DNA of 49,745 nucleotides from a virus (Duplodnaviria; Heunggongvirae; Uroviricota; Caudoviricetes): IMG/VR virus record IMGVR_UViG_3300031857_024897, positions 1 to 49,745 of that record; one strand, 5' to 3'. Shown piece by piece: positions 43,319 to 49,745 of this stretch (position 1 is its first letter; each line of letters starts with the position of its first letter). The notes under the pieces were generated by a model. It saw only the letters and a program-made list of their open reading frames with translations, ran no database searches and was not told where the DNA came from. The position numbers and the translations under genes were made by a program.

Positions 43319-43771
43319 TTAATTATAATCATTAATCTTAATATCCCAGGAACCTTTTTTAGATGTGAATCTATACATATCATCATTAAGCTTTTTGCAT
43401 CTTGTTTTTATATTAAAAAATTTTCTCGAACTTGGATCCAAAAAATTAGACATGCCTGTAAATCTATTGATTTCTTGTATTTTACCAAAATCATCTATAT
43501 CCCTAGAATTCGGCCAAAATATTCTAATCTTCTTAATATCAGGCAAAACTTTAACTAAAGTGACGTCTCTGAGTAGGTGTAACATATCAACATAAACAAC
43601 TTTAGGGAACGTTATTGAGTCGTTATTGCAAATCAAATACTTATAATTTGGTGAACCGTATATAGCAATCTCATCACTAGGTGTAATATGACAATGCCTA
43701 CTGATATTATCCATAACATCATTGAAGTTACAACCATCACAATCAAAATCTTTAATATATATTATCTCCAT
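43319..43771 (-). CDS. Array family member 15
   Basis: DFDCDGC, TPSDEIAIY, KGSWDIKINDY. Confidence 0.9.
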   Translation of the reverse strand: MEIIYIKDFDCDGCNFNDVMDNISRHCHITPSDEIAIYGSPNYKYLICNNDSITFPKVVYVDMLHLLRDVTLVKVLPDIKKIRIFWPNSRDIDDFGKIQEINRFTGMSNFLDPSSRKFFNIKTRCKKLNDDMYRFTSKKGSWDIKINDYN

Positions 43772-43776
43772 ATTAT

Positions 43777-44232
43777 TTAATTATAATCATTAATCTTAAT
43801 ATCCCAGGAACCTTTTTTAGATGTGATTCTAAACATCTTATCACCAATCGGTTTGTATTTTGTTTTTATATTAAAATGGTTTCTTGCCATTGAATCAAGA
43901 AAAGGATACATTCCGGCAAAATAATCGATTTCCTGTATTTTCCCAAAATCGTCTATATCAAAATAATCTGGCGAAAAATAACCAACCTTCTTAAGATCGG
44001 GTAAAATTTTACTTAAACTTACATTTTTGTTTAAGTGTAACTCGCTAACATATGTTACTTTGGGGTATGTGACCTTATTATCATAACCAACTAAATAAAA
44101 TTTATAACTTTCAGCATAAATAGCAATCTCATCACTAGGTGTAGAGTGACAATGCGCACTTATGTTTTCCATAGTACCCTCTAAGGTTGGGGGGTTTGTA
44201 GTTATAAAATCTTCAACATTTATTATTTCCAT
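43777..44232 (-). CDS. Array family member 16
   Basis: TPSDEIAIY, KGSWDIKINDY. Confidence 0.9.
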   Translation of the reverse strand: MEIINVEDFITTNPPTLEGTMENISAHCHSTPSDEIAIYAESYKFYLVGYDNKVTYPKVTYVSELHLNKNVSLSKILPDLKKVGYFSPDYFDIDDFGKIQEIDYFAGMYPFLDSMARNHFNIKTKYKPIGDKMFRITSKKGSWDIKINDYN

Positions 44233-44243
44233 ACTCTCTAAAC

Positions 44244-44672
44244 TTAATTATACTTATTTACCTTTATGTCCCAGGTGCCTTTAGGTGTCGTAAACCTAAA
44301 AATATTACCATCAATATTCTCACACATAATATCATGAATTTTAAAACTTTCAAAAAAACGAGTCATACCGATAAAATTATCAACCTCTTTTATCCCACCA
44401 AAATCCGTCATACCTTGAATAGGTAAAAGGCTACCAACCTTAACTAAATCAGGTAAAATTTTGCTTGTATTAGTAGATCTAATCGCCGATAAATCATTAA
44501 CATATATAACTTTAGGGAAAATAATTTCCTCAGGCAAATCATAAATATCTAGCGAACCATATATCTTAATTTCATCACTAGGTGTAATATGACAGTGCTT
44601 GCTCATATTCATGAATTGACCATAGATCGTACTACCATCATATTTAAAACTATCAACAAATATTATTTCCAT
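44244..44672 (-). CDS. Array family member 17
   Basis: TPSDEIKIY, KGTWDIKVNKY. Confidence 0.9.
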   Translation of the reverse strand: MEIIFVDSFKYDGSTIYGQFMNMSKHCHITPSDEIKIYGSLDIYDLPEEIIFPKVIYVNDLSAIRSTNTSKILPDLVKVGSLLPIQGMTDFGGIKEVDNFIGMTRFFESFKIHDIMCENIDGNIFRFTTPKGTWDIKVNKYN

Positions 44673-44683
44673 ATTCTCTAAAT

Positions 44684-45133
44684 TTAACTATGTTTATTAA
44701 CTTTAATATCCCATGAACCTTTTTTAGATTTAAATCTATATAAATCATAATCAAGCGGTATGCATTTTGTTTTTAAGTTAAATTGTTTTCTTTTATCTGA
44801 ACTATAAAAATTAGACATACCCGAAAAATAATTGATTTCCTCTATTTTGCCAAAATCATCTATATCAACATAACTTGCCGAAAATACGCCAATCGTTTTA
44901 ATATCGGGCAAAATTTTACTTAACCTTACATTGGCGTTTAACTTCACCCAATCAGCATATGTAACTTTGGGGTATGTGACCCTATTATCATAACAAGCTA
45001 AATAAAATTTAGAATTTTTAACATAAATCTCATCACTAGGGGTAATATGACAATGCATACTTATGTTTTCCATAGCAGTCTCTAACGATGGGTCAGCACT
45101 AATAAAATCTTCAACAAAAATTATCTCTTTCAT
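44684..45133 (-). CDS. Array family member 18
   Basis: TPSDEIYV, KGSWDIKVN. Confidence 0.9.
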   Translation of the reverse strand: MKEIIFVEDFISADPSLETAMENISMHCHITPSDEIYVKNSKFYLACYDNRVTYPKVTYADWVKLNANVRLSKILPDIKTIGVFSASYVDIDDFGKIEEINYFSGMSNFYSSDKRKQFNLKTKCIPLDYDLYRFKSKKGSWDIKVNKHS

Positions 45134-45144
45134 ATTCTCTAAAT

Positions 45145-45606
45145 TTAATTATGTCTATTAACCTTAATATCCCAGGATCCTTTTTTAGACGTAAACCGAT
45201 ACATCTTATTACCAAGCGGTTCACATGTTGTTTCTATATTAAAATAGTCTCTTCTCATTGGATCAAAAAAAATAGACATACCGGCAAAAAGATCAATTTC
45301 CAGTATATTCCCAAAATCATCTGTATCAGCAGCGTCTGGCCAAAATGTTCCAATCTTCTTAATATCAGGCAACACGTTAACTAACGTAGCATTTCTACCT
45401 AAGTCTAACTTATCAACATAAACAACTTTAGGGTACGTTATTGAGTCGTATTTGCAAATCAAATACTTATAATTTGGTGAACCGTATATAGCAATCTCAT
45501 CACTAGGTGTAAGATTACAATGCCTACTAAGATTAACCATAACATCTTTATCAGAACAACCTTGACAATTAAAATCGTCAAGGGTTAAAGTTTCCATATT
45601 CTTCAT
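45145..45606 (-). CDS. Array family member 19
   Basis: DFNCQGC, TPSDEIAIY, KGSWDIKVN. Confidence 0.9.
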   Translation of the reverse strand: MKNMETLTLDDFNCQGCSDKDVMVNLSRHCNLTPSDEIAIYGSPNYKYLICKYDSITYPKVVYVDKLDLGRNATLVNVLPDIKKIGTFWPDAADTDDFGNILEIDLFAGMSIFFDPMRRDYFNIETTCEPLGNKMYRFTSKKGSWDIKVNRHN

Positions 45607-45617
45607 ATTTTTATAAT

Positions 45618-46061
45618 TTAATCATAATTATCAACCATAATATCCCAGGAGCCCTTTGTTGACGTGAAATTATACAACTTGTTGCCAATCTTTTCACATA
45701 TTAATGGGGGGATAGGTCTCTTCTTTCTAAGAATCTGACTCATATCGTGAAAGAAGCCAATCCTACTTATTTTACCGAATTCAACAATTTTATGCATATC
45801 ACAAGTAAAATCACCAACCTTAACCAAATCGGGGAAAATTATCTTTAGACTGGCACTACCGCGCACACGCAATTTGTCAACATAAATGACCTTAGGATAT
45901 GTCATATCCTCCCAATAGCATTCAAATGCCGGATTATCGCCGCATATTATCGCGATCTCTTCTTCAGTGTAGGGGCTGTTACAATGCCTACTTACCACAT
46001 CCATAATATGATGATGCATAAAATTGGGGTTATAAAAATCGCTAATATTAATTACTTCCAT
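45618..46061 (-). CDS. Array family member 20
   Basis: VSRHCN, FPDLVKVG, KGSWDI. Confidence 0.9.
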   Translation of the reverse strand: MEVINISDFYNPNFMHHHIMDVVSRHCNSPYTEEEIAIICGDNPAFECYWEDMTYPKVIYVDKLRVRGSASLKIIFPDLVKVGDFTCDMHKIVEFGKISRIGFFHDMSQILRKKRPIPPLICEKIGNKLYNFTSTKGSWDIMVDNYD

Positions 46062-46072
46062 ATTCTATAAAT

Positions 46073-46522
46073 TTAATCATAACTATTAACCTTAATATCC
46101 CAGGTGCCTTTTCTAGATGTGAATCTATACATATCATCACCAAGCGGGGTACATTTGAATGGGTATTCATCTTCAGCCCAACCACGAAAATAAAAATATT
46201 GATCTAGGCCAGAAAAATTATTAATTTCATTTATTTTACCAAAATGATCTATTTTTTCCTTGCTAATGTTAAGCTTGCCGACCTTCCTAAGATCTGGGAA
46301 AGATACAGGTATTGAACAATAGCTAAGTACATGCAAATCCTGAACATAAACAACGTTAGGAAATTTGAACTCATTAGAAACACAAATTAAATATTTATCA
46401 TAACTCCTTTTATAAATCGAAATTTCTTCGTTAATATAATGGCAATACTGACTGAGGTTTTTAAAAATATCTTCGTATGTACAACCATTACAATTAAAAT
46501 CATCCATAAAAATTAACTGCAT
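46073..46522 (-). CDS. Array family member 21
   Basis: DFNCNGC, KGTWDIKVN. Confidence 0.9.
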   Translation of the reverse strand: MQLIFMDDFNCNGCTYEDIFKNLSQYCHYINEEISIYKRSYDKYLICVSNEFKFPNVVYVQDLHVLSYCSIPVSFPDLRKVGKLNISKEKIDHFGKINEINNFSGLDQYFYFRGWAEDEYPFKCTPLGDDMYRFTSRKGTWDIKVNSYD

Positions 46523-46533
46523 ATTTTTATAAT

Positions 46534-46989
46534 TTAATCATATTTATTTACCTTAATATCCCAGGTGCCTTTTCTAGATGTGAATCTAAACATCTTGTCA
46601 CCAAGCGGTTTACATGTTATTTTCGGTTTTAATTTTTTTATTTTCTCTGGATCGAGCATCTCAGTCATATCCATAAATACATCTACGCTGGCAATGTTCC
46701 CAAGATCATCAATATCATAAGGATTTGCACTCAATAATTCACCAATTTTTTTCAAATCTGGAAACGAACGTCTAATATCCGAATTGGCATATAAAAATAA
46801 CGATTCAATATAAACAATATTAGGGAATGTTAACCCTTTAATGTAACATTCAAAGTTGCGAAAGTTAGGCCCGCTATATATCTTAATTTCATTTTTACTA
46901 AAATTACAATGCCAACTTAAATTAGCATAAGCTGTGCTTTTATTATGACTACCGTCGTGAAAATAATTTATTATTAGTCTCTCTTCCAT
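46534..46989 (-). CDS. Array family member 22
   Basis: LSWHCN, KGTWDIKVNKY. Confidence 0.9.
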   Translation of the reverse strand: MEERLIINYFHDGSHNKSTAYANLSWHCNFSKNEIKIYSGPNFRNFECYIKGLTFPNIVYIESLFLYANSDIRRSFPDLKKIGELLSANPYDIDDLGNIASVDVFMDMTEMLDPEKIKKLKPKITCKPLGDKMFRFTSRKGTWDIKVNKYD

Positions 46990-47000
46990 ATTCTATAAAT

Positions 47001-47453
47001 TTAATTATAACCATTAACCTTTATATCCCAGGAACCTTTTTTAGATCTGAACCGATACATATTATCACCAAGCGGGTCACATTTTATTTTTGGGTTGAAA
47101 TGGCTCCGTTTATGAGGATAAATTAGCAGATCCAAACCAACAAAAAAACCTATAGTGTCAATAGCCCAAAGATAATCTATTTCATCAAGTGCCCTAGTCG
47201 ATAACAAGCGAACCTCCCTTAAATCAGGATACATATACTGCGTACTATATACAGAAACTAAATATAATTTATCTATATAAACAACATTAGGAAATGTTAA
47301 TGAGTTATCTTTAGGTTCAAAGAATTTATTGATATCTAGACGATATAATTCAATCTCACAATCACATCTATTACAATGCTCACTTAGATTATGATACATG
47401 TTGCCATCACCAGTGTTGTTTTCGCGAAAAAAATCTAAATATAATATATCCAT
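47001..47453 (-). CDS. Array family member 23
   Basis: LSEHCN, KGSWDIKVN. Confidence 0.9.
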   Translation of the reverse strand: MDILYLDFFRENNTGDGNMYHNLSEHCNRCDCEIELYRLDINKFFEPKDNSLTFPNVVYIDKLYLVSVYSTQYMYPDLREVRLLSTRALDEIDYLWAIDTIGFFVGLDLLIYPHKRSHFNPKIKCDPLGDNMYRFRSKKGSWDIKVNGYN

Positions 47454-47464
47454 ATTCTATAAAT

Positions 47465-47923
47465 TTAAGTATAAGTACCTACCTTAATATCCCAGGTACC
47501 TTTATTAGATGTGAACCGATACATCTTATTACCAAGAGGTGAACAAGCCATTTTTGTTTTAAACTTTATTATATTCTCCGTGACCATAAGCATAGACATA
47601 TCCTCAAAAAAACCTATATTGGTAATACTCCCAAGGTCATCTAAGTTAATAACATTAGCATTATATACAATGTGTATATTCTTAATATCTGGCAAAACTG
47701 TCGTTAATGTTACATTCGAACACAAATATAAAGCATAAACATAAACAACATTAGGGTATGTTATTGAATCATCAAAGCATTTCAATCTTAAATAACTTGA
47801 AAACCTTGGATATATTTTGATTTTTTTATTGTGCGTAGCATTACAATGCCTACTGATGTTTTCCATAACATCATATTCCTCACAGCCCTCACAATCAAAA
47901 TCGTTAATAAATAATATCTCCAT
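47465..47923 (-). CDS. Array family member 24
   Basis: DFDCEGC, KGTWDIKV. Confidence 0.9.
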   Translation of the reverse strand: MEILFINDFDCEGCEEYDVMENISRHCNATHNKKIKIYPRFSSYLRLKCFDDSITYPNVVYVYALYLCSNVTLTTVLPDIKNIHIVYNANVINLDDLGSITNIGFFEDMSMLMVTENIIKFKTKMACSPLGNKMYRFTSNKGTWDIKVGTYT

Positions 47924-47934
47924 ATTCTATAAAT

Positions 47935-48393
47935 TTATGAATAATTATTAACCCTAATATCCCAAGATCTTTTATCTGACGTAAACCTATACATATCATC
48001 GCCAAGAGGTTCGCATTTTAATGTTGAAAAGTAATTTTTCCTAGGAAAAGGAAGCATTAACTGACGCATATCCACAAAGAAACCTATACTACTGATATTC
48101 CCAAACTCATGTATATTGGTGCCAACAATATAGTCAAATTCGCCAACCTCCCTTAAATCTGGAAACGAATCCTCCATACTAATTTTGGTATTTAATAAAA
48201 ATTTATCAATATAAACAATTTTAGGAAATGTTAATGAAACATCTTTAAGTACAAATATTGAATATTTATTCCCACAATATAACTTAATTTGGCTACTAGG
48301 TGTAGCATGACAATGCAAGCTTAAATAATAATACGCTCTATATACATCATTGCCGCCTTCGTAAAAATCACTTAAAGATAATATCTCATTCAT
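47935..48393 (-). CDS. Array family member 25
   Basis: LSLHCH, FPDLREVG, SWDIRVN. Confidence 0.9.
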   Translation of the reverse strand: MNEILSLSDFYEGGNDVYRAYYYLSLHCHATPSSQIKLYCGNKYSIFVLKDVSLTFPKIVYIDKFLLNTKISMEDSFPDLREVGEFDYIVGTNIHEFGNISSIGFFVDMRQLMLPFPRKNYFSTLKCEPLGDDMYRFTSDKRSWDIRVNNYS

Positions 48394-48417
48394 ATTCTAT
48401 AAACTTAAAATTGGGGC

Positions 48418-48873
48418 TTAATCATATTTATTAACCTTAATATCCCAGGTACCTTTATCTGACGTAAACCGATACATTTTTTTACCAATACGTTCACATT
48501 TTGTTTTTATGTTATTTTCTTTTCTGTATCGTGAGTTAGTAAAGATAGACATATTGGAAAAATGCCCTATTTCCTGTATTGTACCAAAATCATCCATGCC
48601 AAGATAATTGGCCCAAAAATAATCAATCTTCTTAATATCAGGCAAAATTTTAATTAAACTAACTTGCGTACTTAAGGATACCGATTCAGCATAAGTAACT
48701 TTTGGGTATGTGATATCCTCACTAAAGCAAATCAAATAAAAATTAGGAACACCATCATAAACCCAAATCTCATCGCTAGGTGTAAGATTACAATGCCTAC
48801 TGATATTAGCCATAACATCTTTGTTGGTACAATCATCACAAAAAAAATCTGTAATAAATATTATCTCTTTCAT
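48418..48873 (-). CDS. Array family member 26
   Basis: DFFCDDC, KGTWDIKVNKY. Confidence 0.9.
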   Translation of the reverse strand: MKEIIFITDFFCDDCTNKDVMANISRHCNLTPSDEIWVYDGVPNFYLICFSEDITYPKVTYAESVSLSTQVSLIKILPDIKKIDYFWANYLGMDDFGTIQEIGHFSNMSIFTNSRYRKENNIKTKCERIGKKMYRFTSDKGTWDIKVNKYD

Positions 48874-48897
48874 ACTCTATAAACTTAAAATGGGGGC

Positions 48898-49356
48898 TTA
48901 ATCATAACTATTAACCCTAATATCCCAGATTCCTTTAGGTGTTGTGAACCTATACATATTGTCACCAAGAGGTACACATTTTGTTTTTATGTTATATAGT
49001 TTTCTTTTTCGTGAGTTAGTAAATTCAGACAGACCGTTAAAATACCCTATTTCCTGTATATTCCCAAAATCATCTATATCACTGTAACTAGTCGTAAGTT
49101 CCCCCATCTTCTTAATATCGGGCAAAATTTTAATTAAACTAACATCCTTAGCTAATTTTACCGATTCAGCATAAGTAACTTTTGGGTATGTGATATCCTC
49201 ACTATAGCAAGCCAAAAATAAATTATTGCCACTACGTTCATAAATCCAAATTTCATCACTAGGTGTAAAATGACAATGCAGACTGATATTCTCCATAACA
49301 TCAGGGTATTGACAACCGTCACAAAAAAAATCATTAGTATATATTATCTCTCTCAT
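48898..49356 (-). CDS. Array family member 27
   Basis: DFFCDGC, KGIWDIRVN. Confidence 0.9.
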   Translation of the reverse strand: MREIIYTNDFFCDGCQYPDVMENISLHCHFTPSDEIWIYERSGNNLFLACYSEDITYPKVTYAESVKLAKDVSLIKILPDIKKMGELTTSYSDIDDFGNIQEIGYFNGLSEFTNSRKRKLYNIKTKCVPLGDNMYRFTTPKGIWDIRVNSYD

Positions 49357-49368
49357 ACTCTATAAATT

Positions 49369-49745
49369 CTAACAATATTTATTAACCTTTATATCCCAGC
49401 TACCTTTTTTAGTTTTAAACCGATACATCTTGTCACCAAGAGGCTCACATACCGTGATTTGATTATATTTTGGCCTATCATCTGAAACAGAATAAAAAGA
49501 CATCCTATAAAAATAATCAATCTCCTCTATTTTGCCAAAATCTTGTATTTTATTGTAATTTGATACAAATGAACCGATCTTCTTAAGATCAGGAAAAACG
49601 CTTTTTAGGTCCTCCACATTATATACCAACCTCAAATTCTCAACGTAAACAACATTAGGATATCTTAATGCGTAATCATAACAATTCAATGTTTGAAGCT
49701 TATGCCCAGAATATATAGAAATTTTATCACCAGTACTATTTTCAC
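49369..49745 (-). CDS. Array family member 28, 5'-truncated by the window edge
   Basis: Frame stays open to the edge (..ENSTGDKISIYSGHKLQTLNCYDYALRYPNVVYV..KGSWDIKVNKY); the TTG start at 49689 is not the true start. Confidence 0.88.
   Translation of the reverse strand, partial: ENSTGDKISIYSGHKLQTLNCYDYALRYPNVVYVENLRLVYNVEDLKSVFPDLKKIGSFVSNYNKIQDFGKIEEIDYFYRMSFYSVSDDRPKYNQITVCEPLGDKMYRFKTKKGSWDIKVNKYC

Larger units (their letters stand above)
36612..49745 (-). repeat. Tandem array of at least 28 paralogous ~130-155 aa genes (continues past the window end)
   Basis: Shared N.S.(Y/H)C, FP(N/K)V.YV..L, (F/L)PDL..VG, G.I.EI motifs and a C-terminal LG..YRF.S.KG.WDIKVN.Y in head-to-tail genes. Confidence 0.95.

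Noticed and set aside
8376-47738. Numerous antisense or out-of-frame ORFs in the track (e.g. 8376, 10873, 13825, 14262, 14622, 18497, 21722, 23862, 29756, 37330, 41454, 43365, 45151, 47511)
   Set aside because: They lie largely within better-supported genes and have no motifs, start context or terminators of their own.
1-49745. Stop-codon recoding (TAG or TGA read as sense), as in some huge phages
   Set aside because: Long genes read through intact in code 11, several genes plausibly end in TAG or TGA, and there is no suppressor tRNA in the window.
36612-49745. CRISPR array or DGR explanation for the periodic repeats
   Set aside because: The period is ~450-480 bp of coding sequence, not repeat-spacer units. 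No reverse transcriptase or template repeat is in the window, and differences between copies are not adenine-specific. An RT elsewhere in the genome cannot be excluded.
1-49745. Cellular (bacterial chromosome) or eukaryotic giant-virus origin
   Set aside because: There are no housekeeping operons or rRNA. Bacterial-type tRNAs, intrinsic terminators, holin and Bacteroidota promoters with mostly hypothetical genes fit a large phage. No capsid or terminase gene is in the window, so the taxonomy remains inferred.

Overview
AT-rich, densely coded segment of a large tailed phage (jumbo/huge-phage type), translated in the standard bacterial code. The host is probably a Bacteroidota, inferred from repeated TAnnTTTG promoters, A-rich leaders without Shine-Dalgarno sites and a Bacteroidota-type boxA. 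Contents: (1) two tandem HEXXH metallopeptidases; (2) 23 tRNA genes without encoded CCA. Twenty form a minus-strand array at 2495-5544, preceded by an apparent ribosome-mediated attenuator (25-codon leader, alternative hairpins, terminator, boxA). Unusual members include long-variable-arm tRNA-Thr and tRNA-Asn and a separate tRNA-Leu(AAG). (3) Holin, HNH nuclease and ClpP; (4) a long block of probable late, head-associated proteins sharing N-terminal leaders ending in (I/L/V)-x-E, including GH108-like and L,D-transpeptidase-like enzymes, DUF6321, and PcfJ-like proteins, two of them fused to LRRs; (5) a CX5R phosphatase and a metacaspase; (6) a ~13 kb tandem array of at least 28 diverged ~130-155 aa paralogues with LRR/L-domain-like repeats, which runs off the right edge. 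Family assignments come from motif recognition by eye; no database search was run.
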